A stretch of 62,458 nucleotides of DNA, filler included, from Rhabdomonas costata (lineage: Eukaryota), in NCBI GenBank assembly GCA_019059605.1. It is 25 parts of 25 records of this genome, joined end to end, with 100 filler letters (N's around TTAATTAATTAA, not from the genome) between each part and the next. Parts side by side here need not be neighbours in the genome. Positions count along the whole stretch, not along the records: positions 47,558 to 49,958 come from JAHMHO010003604.1; positions 50,059 to 52,461 come from JAHMHO010003605.1; positions 52,562 to 54,962 come from JAHMHO010003606.1; positions 55,063 to 57,457 come from JAHMHO010003607.1; positions 57,558 to 59,958 come from JAHMHO010003608.1; positions 60,059 to 62,458 come from JAHMHO010003609.1; 19 more parts are not named here. One strand, given 5' to 3'. The position numbers were made by a program, and so were the translations under genes. The notes beneath the pieces are model-generated. The model was not told the origin of the DNA, made no database searches, and saw only the letters and a list, made by a program, of their open reading frames with translations. Shown here piece by piece: positions 49,763 through 62,100 of the stretch (positions are counted from its first letter, which is position 1; the number at the start of each line of letters is the position of its first letter).

Positions 49763-51524
49763 GGGTTGAGGCTTAACCACGCGAAGTGCAGGTCCTGGTG
49801 GAGGGAATTTCTTGGATTCTGTGGTCCTCCTGGCCTCTGAGTCCTGGGGACATTTGTTGGCTGGGCCTCTTTCGAGCGGAACTAGCTGCCGTCTACGATA
49901 AGCATGAGGCCGGGCTGACGGGCTGACGAAGCCGGAGGTCTTGGAGAACCACACCCCCNNNNNNNNNNNNNNNNNNNNNNNNNNNNNNNNNNNNNNNNNN
50001 NNTTAATTAATTAANNNNNNNNNNNNNNNNNNNNNNNNNNNNNNNNNNNNNNNNNNNNGACAGTACTCAGGTTCTCAGGTAGCATTTAATCCTTCACCGG
50101 GGTGTGGGCTTAGGTGGACCCTTGGCCGGATCTCCCATGGAAAACGAAAGGGGGGAGCCGATTTGGGTGTGCGCGCAAACGCACACGCGCCGGGGTTTTT
50201 TTATTGTGCGGCGTTGTGCCTGTGCGCTGTGTAAGCAAGGTAACCTAGCCTTTTTCTCATACAAAATACTTAGGCAAACTTTGGATTTCCATGGCGGGAA
50301 ATGTCGAGAGCCAAAGGTCCGCCTTTTCTTGAGCAAACATTAAAATAGCTGTGTGCTGCAGGCATCACCAACTCTCTTTTTGCTGCTTTGGGTTTTCTTT
50401 GGGGTTAGGGAGTCGTCAGAGGATCTGGGTGAGTTTGGCACGATAACCTGGGCGGAGGATGGAGTGGAAATGGGAGGAATCCTGACTCTCAAGAACGGCA
50501 CACGCACTGGGACACAAAGAGGGTGCACCCACGCTCTGGGACACCACGGTGGGCGCTGCATCCTGGGTAGCCTCGCTCAGCAATTACGGCCTTGTTATTG
50601 TTGTAAACATATTTGATAAAATTAATAGAATACTAACAAATTTACTTATAAATAACAATACTAATGGATTTAATTAAATTTTTAATTATTATTTTAGTAA
50701 TTTGGTGTTTGACTGTGTAAGTGCCTCTTATTTCATTCACAGCCGCCCTTCTTTGCACATGCACATGCACATGCATTCAACTCGTTTTTTGCTGTTCGGT
50801 ATCACCAGTCTCGTCCCAAAATGTGGTTTTCGAGCCTCTGGCCTTTGCCAATTCCTGACTAGCTTTCACTCCCTGCCCCCCTCCCGGCAGCAGCCGCTGA
50901 ATACCTGTGAAGTTTTCCTTGAGCCGATCTTACTATTTTGCCTTTTTCACCACATCAGGCTGTGTTCCGTGCATGCGTTTGCATGGAGGGGCGCTGTCCT
51001 TAGGGTGTAGACGTGCTTCTGGCCAAGCCGAGAGGATTCTGGCGCGGCCCCACAATAGAGGTGTGGCATACTGGTTGCCCTGACTGAATCATTCCCAAAT
51101 TATTCTTCGCTGTTTTCCTAAAGCAGTGTTTCTGTGGTGACGCAGTGCTGTGATTCTGTCCAGTGGTATTTTCTCCTCGAGAACACCCTCTGCAAAACCC
51201 GTCTTTCCTGGTCCTCATTCTCCGCCTCCTGCCTTATTTTTTCATCTGCACTGAAAGTTGATGTGTTCCCAAACAAATCATAGCTTACTACGGCTGTATG
51301 GGCAGAGGCGAGTGGGGTCACTCCGAAGATGTCAACTGAAACCCCATCGGTGCGACGACCACCGCGCATTCACATCCGCCAGCATCACCATACATCTGTC
51401 TCATCCACGCTGGCCTGTCATCGCGCCAGTCGACCCGCGTGGTCGGGCATGTTGCGTGGTTGTGGGCCATCTCCCATTGGGACAGAGGGAAGACGCAGTC
51501 TCGTGTCCGCTCGGCGTTCGCTGG

Positions 51525-51554
51525 GGGATCGAACGGGATCGAACGGGATCGAAC
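51525..51554. repeat. 10-bp tandem repeat x3 (gggatcgaac)
   Basis: Seen directly in the sequence. Confidence 0.9.
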
Positions 51555-52561
51555 CGTTCTCCGCCCGTGTTAAACCTCGACGAGAGCAGCCATAGACCAC
51601 GGTGGAATGAATGGGTTCTCGTCCCTCACTGCGTCTGCCCAATAGTTCTCACATAGGTCTTCTGATAACCTTCGAGTACGAAACACACACACACACACAC
51701 ACACAGTCTCTCTCTCTTTCTCTCTTTACGCAGCCGTGAAGTCGTTCCGTTGGCTCCTTTGCCCGAAGTGCTGCTGCACATCTGCGAGCACCCCGCCGGT
51801 CAGGACAGTGGCATTCACCTTGGGCATCCCAGAGGCCCTCCTGCAGCCCGAGCAAAAGGCATCTACCGCGCCTCACAGGGTGCTGGGAGAATGAGACGGA
51901 AAAAAAATTCCCCAAGAAGACCGTCAAGACGTTTTGAGGTCATCGTGGGACAGGACAGGACCAAGTCCCTCTCCAAACCATTCAGAAATATAGGGAGCGC
52001 ATTTGTCTGTCACCCCAAATTCAGCGGTGACGCTGTCTTGTGCGCCATGCGTGCAGCCATATTTTTAGTTGGAGATGCTACGGCTTTTTTGAAGAACGAT
52101 GTGTGCTTCTCAGGCGAGTCAGTGTCCTCACGGCTGCACTCTCTGCGCGGCCCCAACTCCACGTGCGAAGCTCCCCTCGAAAACCTCCAAGCGGCGCCGT
52201 GGCCCTTCTGCCCAGCATGGTCTCTGTTTCTCTCGCTCCAACTCCTATTCTTTGCTCTCCATTTTTATGCGGTTTTCTGGATTCTGTGGGATTACATGGG
52301 AGTAAAGCCGTGGTGCTGTCGTTAGAACATGGAGGGGATCCATCTTTTTGTGTTTTATATTTTATGTACTCGAGCTGTTTTTTGCGCGACCGATTTTGAG
52401 TTTACGTGGTCTTGTGGAAGCTTGGAGCACAAGATTTAACCCTTCCCCACCCACCCCCAAANNNNNNNNNNNNNNNNNNNNNNNNNNNNNNNNNNNNNNN
52501 NNNNNTTAATTAATTAANNNNNNNNNNNNNNNNNNNNNNNNNNNNNNNNNNNNNNNNNNNN

Positions 52562-54539
52562 TGGTGGGGTCCGTGGCGTTCAGCGGGGTGAGCAACGTGA
52601 AGTTCGCAATGGGAGGGGGGTTGACCAAGGGGTTGTTGGTCTCCAGGTCAATCTCAGAGTGGCTGAAGAACTGGCAAGAAAGCAAGGGGAGCCGAAACAT
52701 GGTCCATCCCATCTCTCTCCAGGTGCACACATCCATCCGATTTCGACCCGCACACAGCTGAGGGACGCCCCCCCCTCCAAAGTATCAATAAACATCGGAC
52801 CCATGCCAGGAACCGTACCTTCCCATGGCTCGCCCCGATGAGGTACCCCGAAGGCAGCGCGAAGACCACGAACAGGCGGTCCGCGGGGTTGGCAACCAGC
52901 GAGAGGAGAATCGCACTGATCTCATATGTGCTCGCAGAGACCGCGACTTTTAGAACGGCCTGGAGGTCCGCCGTGGGCACGGTGCACGCCAAAACTACCC
53001 GAGGGATACCTGTGGCGGAGGGAATACAGGAGCAACAGAAAGACATGGAAAAGGATGCGGTCAGAGCATAACTCAAAAATACGGCGAAAATACGAGGTGA
53101 ACAAATTTCTTTTGGTTTCTTTTATCTTCCAAGAAACAAAGAGGTAACAAACACCTGTGATGATCACAAAGTCCACCATGTTGAGCCACTCGCACCGCGG
53201 GGAGGCGTAGCGCAGGGAGGGAACCGCCGTGATGCTCGAGGTGTCGGTAAAGAGGTCGTAGCAGTGCAGGTCGGCTGAGGTCACCCGGTCCACGGCGCAG
53301 CTGCGTGCCACCACCCTCCGCGTGGCAAAGTCGATCCTGTCCACCGTGCGGACAAAGGTCTCCTCAACGGCGCCCGTGAACACATTCACGTTGAGCCGCA
53401 TCGCAGAGATTCTGTGGTAGTCCTCGGGAAGTTCGGACGCCGGGGGTTGCGAAGAGTTGCTCCTGCGAGGGGAAAGGAAGGGAATGGAATCAGAACCAGC
53501 ATTATGTTCAACGAAGGGGAGGCTGCCAATGTGTTGCACTCCGCCGACCAGAAGAGAAAGGGGTGGCAATTCCCCCACAAGCAGCGGCCAGGGGAGGTGG
53601 GAGAATCGATCAGAAGCCCGCTTGCAGAAGAGCTCCAAACAACTTGTGCCTTTTGCAAAAAAATTCAAGTCTGCGTGAGTGAGTGGGTGTCCCCCAAACC
53701 AGATCAAACCCATGGGGACTGGCCCTAGTATCCACTTGGCTTCACCCTCCATCCCTCCCGACATCTCCCCACATCGGGGTTGCTTTAGCTGACGTTTCCC
53801 CCAAAACATATACTTGTTGCAGTCCACACACATAATTCTCTCTCTCTTTTTTATAAACAATTCTTTCCGAACTTTTTTTTCAACTCTCTGACACTGCAGC
53901 ATTTGTCTGCCACGGCCCCGTGCTGTACGTGACTGCATCCTCTTGCCAAACGGGAAACGGGAGTTTCCGAAGGAAATTTTGTTTAATGGGATGGATGGTG
54001 ATGTCTTGGTAAGAAGGCGAAGCACACACGGGAGGGAGTCAGGGGCAGACCCTCCCAAGGCAGACGTACCCAAGGGAAATGCAGGCAATTCAGGCAATGC
54101 ACTCGCGGTGGGGGCCTGGGGGTTGTGGAGGAGGAGGAGGAGGGATGTGGCACTCATGCCGGCAACCCCCCATGCACGCTCCCTCCCCCTCCGGCACAGG
54201 CAGACAATACGAGACACCGATGCACTTATCTGGATGTGAGTAAGAATGGCTCGCAGGCTGTCTCGACGAGAAACAATGCCAACACAAAGGGATGCTGAGG
54301 ACATACGGCTGCGAGATGGAGAGCGACAGCATCTGCGCCCACTGGTTTGCCTGTACCGCGTACCGCAGGTTGCCCTGAAAGGGCAGCAGGGTGGTGACAT
54401 TGGCCCGGGCTTCACTCCCGGGCTGGTCGAGCACCCCAGAGGCCTGCACCAAGGACACTGTACTGAGGGCCAGAGCCTCCACGCGGTTGACCGCGGTGTT
54501 CAGGTAGGTTTTCACGCTGCTGGCAAGGGTGGCCTGCAT
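52562..54539 (-). CDS. Putative membrane receptor ectodomain (Cache-like; probably a receptor adenylate/guanylate cyclase), multi-exon, partial
   Basis: Exons 54539-54307, ~53463-53155, ~53009-52819, 52670-52562 read MQATLASSVKTYLNTAVNRVEALA... ISAILLSLVANPADRLFVVFALPSGYLIGASHGK|FFSHSEIDLETNNPLVNPPPIANFTLLTPLNATDP. This is a long helix plus the ISxxLxxL...FVV...GxLIxxS pattern of Cache sensors, with several N-x-T sites. No catalytic domain in the window. Confidence 0.5.
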
Positions 54540-55489
54540 CTGTGTAGCAGCCGTCTGCGCAAGGGGCAGGGAAAACCAGTGGTATAAAAACGAGGCTCCA
54601 GCACCAAATGATCAGAAACTTCAACCGTCGAAACAACAGCCAACACAAATGTTTCCAACCAGTCCAATACCATTATTAAGGAATCAGACTGGGAGGCGAT
54701 CGGTCCGCCACCGCAAAAGGAAAAGTAGTGCACGCATCCCACTCATCGCGCATTCCATTACAGCGATGCGCGGCGCCTTCTTGGTTGCCTTCTTGGTTGG
54801 GTCACTCTGGCACACCACCCATTCAGGAACATCACAATGTGCGTGGGGCAGAGACATCAACAATATTCAAAGAACTGTTCAGCCCAGTGGGAAAAAAAGA
54901 GGGGGAGGACCCAATCAGGAATCAGAACTTTTTTATTTATCACAGTGATAAAACCCAAAACCNNNNNNNNNNNNNNNNNNNNNNNNNNNNNNNNNNNNNN
55001 NNNNNNTTAATTAATTAANNNNNNNNNNNNNNNNNNNNNNNNNNNNNNNNNNNNNNNNNNNNGTTGTGTGTTATTCGTTTCCCACCGGAATCCGCCGACT
55101 TTGGACAATCGCCCTCGCCGCCGAGCTTCGCCGTTATCTCAAAGACAGCTCCAGAATTGAAGCCTTGCAACTTGCTTGCATGCTCATTTTTGCACCGTGT
55201 GCCGGAGGCTGAGAACATGACCGGCAAATCAACCAGATGGTTGAACGCCGGATTCGGTTGTGGACCACAGTTTAGCAGCTGGAGCTCTTACGAGAGGTCA
55301 ATCTAGAAACAGTTCGCCAGCGCAAGAAACAGCCGGGCGCAAAACTCCTGACGAGGAGAATTGCGGCCTCGCCGGACGAACTCGTCGCGCAGTTCTGAGA
55401 GGGTGCTCTGAGCAGCCTCAAAGGTGCTTCTCGAGTGCGATTGTGGAATGTTGGGACCTGAAGCAGACTCTGCTCTCCGCGAGCTCCAC

Positions 55490-55780
55490 TTCAGCAGACC
55501 TACCTCGACAACGACAGTCAGCCGAGCCCTGAAAAGCTTTGCCCCTTGGGTCGGGAGCTGCCTTTTTTGTCAGTCCATCTACCTCGTGGCTCCAACCCCG
55601 AGTCCGGCGACCTCCATGCTGCACTCACGGCGTTTTGTACAGAGTTTGTCCGCGGCAAGCTTCGGAGGATCAGCATGGGTGGCACCCATGGCACCTCATC
55701 TCCATCGCGAAGAAGCCAGCTGGAGTCCGGCCGATCGCGGTGGGTGAGACGCCGCCGCCTTGCTGCCAAATGCAAAAGCC
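55490..55780 (+). mobile_element. Decayed non-LTR retrotransposon reverse transcriptase (CRE-like)
   Basis: Across frameshifts: VSRALKSFAP..GS / LHAALTAFCTEFVRGKL / LISIAKKPAGVRPIAVGET-RRLAAKC. This is the LxxxxKxxGGVRPIAVGExLRRL motif of RT domains 1-2 in early-branching non-LTR elements. Confidence 0.78.
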
Positions 55781-57557
55781 CTGCAAGGTGAAACCTGGTT
55801 ATATCGTTCACCCAACCTCTATCTGAGTGGAGGCAGTTGGCCATGTATGCTAATGCAATAAATGCTCGTACGTTGTATTAATAACTCCCCCGAGGACAAC
55901 ATATTTAAAAATAGGCGAGTTTACATTTAAAACTTTTATATTGCCCATGATCACATCTAGTTGCGCTTCAAAAAGGCGGCCACATACCGACCCAAGATCA
56001 AATGGATCCACCATTTCCTCCTGCGTTGTTCCCTGCAGAAACGGGTCGTCATCCTCAAGACTTCTGGCCAGCTGGGTCATTGGCCTGGGCATCTTCTGGG
56101 GTACGGCTACGGGTAGTAATTCTTCGATCACGCAACCAAAGAAATGTTTCGCCGGATTTTTCCAGTGTTTCAGGCCGCCGACAACGCGAAGTTTGTAACA
56201 CTGTTGAATTTGGTTTGCGGTAAGCAGAGTTTGAAGGATCATGTATGTTTTTTTTGGAGGGGGTGATCGCTGTTTTCATGCTAAAATCGCCCATGTTCTA
56301 TAATTGCAAAGTTTAGGTACTTCAGTTAGTTCAGATGTCCCGTGAATAACCACCAAGAGTTTGAGTTCAGGGTGGTCGTGCAAGGCTTTCTAGTTCCCAG
56401 AATTTTAACGAGAATTAAGCAAAAAATAAAAAGGGATTTCGCCCGCCCTCATGAGGCTCTTCCTCTATCCGGAAGAAGCTGAACGCCGGGACCGGAAACA
56501 ACTTACCCCAGCCCACAACCTGAGGAGGCCATGGGCCCCACCACACCCAATGCGCCGAGGAGGACACCGCCTGTTGAAGTCAAGCCGTCGGTAAGTCGGA
56601 ACTTGTGATACTCGTTGCTGTGAACATGCGTTGCTGCTAATTTGTGTCTTCCCATGCTGGTTTTGGGCATAATGCAGATAACCACAACGATGCAACAAAT
56701 TACACCATGCACAAAACCATGCAGCAAACAAGGCCATAGTGGTCCACCAAGTGCCTAAATGCCGCAGGCAAAGCTTAGCAACCGCACAACGGCCTTGAGG
56801 CCTGGAGGGATTTGGGGTAATGATACAGTGATCCATCCCGCTTGGACAGCAGTGCCTATCCTAAGACGTGGGAAGTAACCATGGCACGGAACATGCATTT
56901 GAAGGCCGTTCGTCGAAAAGCGCATTTGCACAAGATCCCTGCGCTGACAATCTCTGCTAGCGACCTCTAATTTTGCTTGCTCCGCCATTTACCTGTGGTC
57001 TGGCTTGGAGTGGATGTGCTGCATCCTGGGGAAACACTCCCCTTGCCGGGTTTTGCATTCTGACGTGCTACGGCAGTGGGCGTCTTCCCGCTTCATCTCC
57101 AGCACGACAGTTGCATATGGGAAGCATATTTGCGGGTGGGTTTCATTCGTCCGCCTGTTTGGACACCTCATCCGCAAACCACTGACCAAATGAATTCGGT
57201 GCCTCTGTGAAAATGCGGTTACTTTCCTTAATCCGTAAATGGATTAAGGAGGACCTTGATCCATTGAACCATTATTAGCACTTTTACACACAAAAATTTC
57301 TGACAGACCTGGTAGTCAGTGCGGTATTAGGCAATCAGGTGCACTCCAAGTCGCGGCAAGGTCTCCTAGAATCACTGCCACTTCGAGACAAAGTGCGGAT
57401 CACAAGCGAACCTCAGCACCCCGTCGTGCCTGACTCGATGTGCCATCCGAGGCAAACNNNNNNNNNNNNNNNNNNNNNNNNNNNNNNNNNNNNNNNNNNN
57501 NTTAATTAATTAANNNNNNNNNNNNNNNNNNNNNNNNNNNNNNNNNNNNNNNNNNNN

Positions 57558-59958
57558 CAAACCATGCCAAACGAAATATATGTTTTCATCGCATCTTGCT
57601 GTTCAAAATCGGATCTCGCGTCCTGTTCTCTTCCCTGGTTTGCGTGCACGCCCCCTTTCCTTGCAGGGAATCGAGAGATATTTGATACTTTTATTTGGCG
57701 AACTTAAAAAGTCATGGTCTGACTCTGCCATTGCGAATTGTGTTCCATGGAAAACACCTACCAACTCATTTTGGCACAAATGTTTTCCACATTTTTACCA
57801 CGCTCCAAACCACACCAATTACCTTGGCTAATGTGGTTTCCAGTGGTTTCACATTGGTCGAGCAGCGAAGATCCCCCCAAAATACAACTAAAGATTCAAA
57901 AAAAATGTCACATTTTAGTACAAGGTTATCTAAAAGTGAACCATCCACCAAATAAAAGTGTCTACCGCGGCATGTTTCCATTTTTCTTTCGAGATTATCT
58001 ACTCACGTCAGAAAAAGGAGAAACCCTGTCAAAGGTGAGTCGCAGAGAGAGCTAGCCTTCTTCCCCCTCCACAGGTGTTTTGTTTCCTCACTTCTCCTTT
58101 CTCGTCACCTCCACTCTTCCTGGGGTCACTTACTGCAGCTCGAGCTCGCACCGGTTGACCTTCTCCAACCCGACCACCACACACCCTCCGTTTTTCCAAA
58201 TGGCGGACATCTTCCTGCGAGTGCCCAAGTTCCTCCGCCGATCCCCCCCGCTGTACGTCCACGCCTTCTTCTGGTGGATGGTTGTCGCTGGCTTCGTGAT
58301 GTCGATTGAATCCTGCCTGGCCTTCCGCGTCGCCGCCTTCTTCGGCGGTCCGTCGTACCTCCCAAATGCGTCCCTCATCTCGCATAAGACACTTGGTCTG
58401 GGTTTCTTCCAGTGGGGTGACCCTTGCTCGAAGCTGGGCCCGCGCCCTCGTCTGGCACCTCTTTGCTGCCGCCTGCTTTCTCGCATCACGTTGGCGGCAT
58501 TTCTGTGGTTTCTGTTCTGTTGTTTCCGACCGTTCGGTTAGTAAGTAGTAGATTGTCAGTGCTGTCAGCAGGATCTCTTTAAATTCAACTCACCTTTCTA
58601 AGGGCAAATTCCATCAGTTACCCTTTTATCGTACTCAATGTAATTCCTCCTCCTTGACCCTCTCTTTGCAATGGTTTTTCAGAGTGCCCATCCACACGCT
58701 TTGATTTTTCGGCTGATAGGAGCGCTGGGGCAGTCTTTCTTCGCGAAAGCCCTGTACGGTGCGACGTTGGGAATGGGCTGGACGTCATCTCTTTCCCTCT
58801 CTATCTTTCTCTATCCTTTTTTGTGGGCCTTGTGAAGGTTGGCGCGATATTTCACATCGCCGTCTCTGTGTGTTTTTCCGCCTCAACCCTCTGGTCTCCT
58901 CATTACCCTTGTTACCTTCCGTGGGCGGACTTTTTCTTCCATGCTTCTTCCATTCTTCTTCTTCTCTCTCTCTCGTTCTCTCTGCTTATTGACTTTGTGC
59001 CCCAGGCCCCTTCCTCTCTCGGACGCTATGTGTGTGCAGCCCTGTTTGTCTTCAGCGACGTTCTCACCGAGAATACGTGTGCGTGTCCATGTAGTTTTCT
59101 CATGCATCTTTCCCTTTCCCTCAACACCGTTTTGTGTTCAGCGCAACCGCTCTTCTGTTTCAGCGTTTGTTGTGTTGTGAGACGGTTAAGTCTTGGGGAT
59201 ATACCGCGGAGGAGGGAAAAGGAGGAAGGCTGCTATCTTCCGATCATTATGAGTGAAATGCTCGGAAGAATTCAAGAAGAACGTTAACGTAAACACCCAC
59301 GTGCGTGATTAAACGTGCCGGAACCCACAGTCGCAAATGAGCGTAGTCGAGAGAAAATAAGGGCTTCCTTTTTTCCGTAAAAAGAACGCAAGTCGAAAAG
59401 ACGTAAAACGTAATCGCAAAATCAACTTCTTAAAAAATCATAACAGAACCGAGCTTTGGGATGCAGCCACGTATACAGTTACACAGCATTGTCTCCTATC
59501 TTGCTGAAGTAGGAAGCTCCTCACTTACTCCGTCCCCAACAAAGCTTAAGTGGAAAATAGAACCCCCTGAGCGATGAGATCGGTGGCTCTTCAGAGGTTG
59601 GAAGCGACAGAAGCATCTGTACCTGGAATTGAAATGGGGAAGCAAAACGTGATGACATTTTGCCTAGGGTGTGGACGTCTGCGATCACTTACCAGCGCTT
59701 TTTTGAAGGTTTGAATTTCGGTTTATCAATGTTCTGTCGAGCTTTGGAGAGAAGCAAGGCACATCAGCTGATCCATCCTCTCCCCTTCCACGGCGATCCA
59801 AACCTTCAGAGGAGCTCTCTTCAAAACAGGGCAAACCATGCCAAACGAAATATATGTTTTCATCGCATCTTGCTGTTCAAAATCGGATCTCGCGTCCTGT
59901 TCTCTTCCCTGGTTTGCGTACACGCCCCCTTTCCTTGCAGGGAATCGAGAGATATTTG
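57558..59958. repeat. Contig with 127-bp terminal direct repeat (57558-57684 = 59832-59958, 1 mismatch): 2274-bp circular or tandem unit
   Basis: Direct comparison; the only difference is gtgcac versus gtacac. Confidence 0.92.
58200..58416 (+). CDS. Small membrane protein, probable first exon
   Basis: ATG in good context (caaATGgcg) after a polypyrimidine/AG tract. MADIFLRVPKFLRRSPPLYVHAFFWWMVVAGFVMSIESCLAFRVAAFFGGPSYLPNASLISHKTLGLGFFQW, GC3-rich with one TM helix. Possible donor gtgacc, or read-through to the stop at 58541. Confidence 0.6.
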
Positions 59959-60300
59959 NNNNNNNNNNNNNNNNNNNNNNNNNNNNNNNNNNNNNNNNNN
60001 NNTTAATTAATTAANNNNNNNNNNNNNNNNNNNNNNNNNNNNNNNNNNNNNNNNNNNNTGTTGGGGTTGTAAGTTCGGACCGGTGCCGGGGTTACGCAAG
60101 CGGGAGTTCTTGTATGTTGGGTGTGTGTATGTGTCGCTCTCCCTCTCCTCCTCCTCCTCCTCCTCCTTTCCGCCCTTCCTCGTCCGTCCCTCCCTCCTTT
60201 TCGCTTTTGGCTGCGGGATCCGACCTTGCGCTTCTTATTGTTTTCTGCAGTGCCGCGTGCACTCGCCTTGCAGCCGCTTCGGTGGCAAACACACTTCCGT

Positions 60301-61092
60301 TCAAGGCGAGACCGTTCGCAGCACTCCTGTGTGTGTGTGGGGGGGGGTGCAACCCTTGGACGCTGAGGACTGTGTGGAGGCGGCAGCTCGCTCCCTAGCA
60401 AGCTCCTTGACTCGACCCGCCTTTAGAGTGGAGATGCCGTAGCCTTGCAGCGCGTTGTCTGTCGCCGCGGCGAGGTCGGCCCAGCTCAGCAGGGGCTCAT
60501 CGCTAAGCATCTTCGTGGCCACCGGTGTACTAGAGGAAGGACAGAAAGAGATATAAACTCAGTGCCTGCCTTGGCTGCCACCGCTACCCATAGAATCGTC
60601 CCCAGTTGGCAGAAATCAAGCATGGATGATTGGTGAACAGCAGCTAACGGAGAGGTAAAGTATCATTTCCTTCCTTTTCACCATAAAGAAGATGAAACAA
60701 AGAATCGTAATCAAACAAAAGGCAGCTTTGCAAACAAAAAAAGTTGGACCAGGTGTTGGCAACCTTACCACACCGAAAATGATCGCATTGAGATTATGCA
60801 ATTGAAGAGAGCCCTTTTGCTCAGAAGCACCCCACTCACAAAAACACAGAAACTAAAACAAAGCATCACCTCTTCTTTTACCCTTCCGTTAGACCCCTCT
60901 TCTTCAGCAGGCACAGGGTTTGAGTGGTTCATACCAATCCTGCACTCGGGCCATCCCCAGCAATTCGGCCAGTGCCTCAGCTGTCACCGCGTCAGCCGCG
61001 GCAGAGCCCGCCTTGGAGGGTGGGGCAGGACGTTGCCGGATCCAGTCCAAAAGATCATCGTGATCTTCCGCAGGCTTCGCGGAAGACGCCAT
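60301..61092 (-). CDS. Hypothetical protein with SAM-like helices; exons 61092-60935, 60529-~60301
   Basis: MASSAKPAEDHDDLLDWIRQ...ARVQD|CTPVATKMLSDEPLLSWADLAAATDNALQGYGISTLKAGRVKELARE. Phase-2 join gtatga...ctctag. 3' end uncertain. Confidence 0.6.
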
Positions 61093-61802
61093 TTTGCAGC
61101 AACAATACGGAAAGGTGATAGGAGCCGAGGAACAGGCACGTAATAATCGCACAAGTCGAATAAGCAACCTGTAGAACAGGTACAGAACAGAGTCAAGGGC
61201 GTGAAGGACCGGTGACGACAAGCCTAGGAAACGTGATTCATTGACTCGGCGGGGTTTTGGGGGGAATTTGCTGATGGAATTTTCTTGCACAGGTTGAAGG
61301 TGATGCCATCGTAGTGCCACTCAGGCCCAAACTCAGAGAGGAAGTTTCCAATAATCACCCATAATCACCACCACCCAACAGCACACAGCGGCCGGTTGAG
61401 TAAACCAGATTTTGTGACATTGCGAAAAAAAAAAGCCCACCCCCCCAGTGGCGTTTCCCGGAGCCAGGTTCGTGATCTCCATGTTAGTGGCGATGCACGT
61501 GTCCCCCATGATGTCAGTCCAGGATGTTTTGGGCCAGCCAGCTGCTTCGGTTGGGGTGGGGGCTTTTGTGACAATGTCATAAACGTTAGCTCACCAAACG
61601 AGCTACGTCCCACAGCTCTCGAGGTTTCACATCTCGTCCTTCCCAACGAAGTCCGGGTCCCAACGTTCCAGGCAACACTTCGGGTCAGCAAACGAAGACT
61701 AAGGAAGAAGACCTGCAGAACCACGACAACCGAGGAAGAAAACCGCGCGGGGACCTGCTCTCGCAATGAAAGGTGGTGTGAGTATTTTTCCTTTCGTTGT
61801 CT

Positions 61803-62100
61803 TTATTCCGCAGCCCCAGGAAGCTCTTCAACCACGGAACTGCCCTCACTCACCCGCGTCCTTTTGCGGCGCTTGGCGCGCCTCTCGCCGGGCGTGGGTT
61901 GCACCCCCTCTTCCGCAGCGAGGTCAATCGGCTGCTGGGGAGCAGCAGAGCTCTGCTCAGATCGTGGAGCGCGGCGGCGGGACGCGAGAGTCTTGTGCCT
62001 CTCTTCCTTCTGCCGAGCATCCAGAACTGAAGACAGCTGCTGCACCAGACGGCTGCCTGCACCTGTTGCCCAACCCATGAAGAAAGCGGTCCTGTTCACC
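61803..62100 (-). CDS. Hypothetical protein, terminal exon with NLS-like basic cluster
   Basis: ttccttag|VNRTAFFMGWATGAGSRLVQQLSSVLDARQKEERHK...RRAKRRKRTR...GAAE*(TAA). Confidence 0.55.

Noticed and set aside
50409-52219. Several exon-like segments on the + strand of contig 21
   Set aside because: I could not assemble a phase-consistent model or recognise a family.
52922-54415. 497-aa ORF, and likewise the ORFs at 45681-46646, 33751-34569, 20999-21751 and 61396-62169
   Set aside because: These are chance read-through across introns, antisense to real exons, or low-complexity sequence. Only ~53463-53155 of the 497-aa ORF is a plausible exon.
56506-56634. Possible minus-strand exon with a strong gtaagt donor (WD40-like GGAHGLLRLW in one frame)
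   Set aside because: Two frames are open and there is no second exon or clear motif to choose between them.
2406-60058. Regular ~2.5-kb periodicity with an identical TTAATTAATTAA core (array- or CRISPR-like)
   Set aside because: It is a synthetic N-padded six-frame-stop linker between size-sorted contigs. Adjacency of genes across linkers has no biological meaning.
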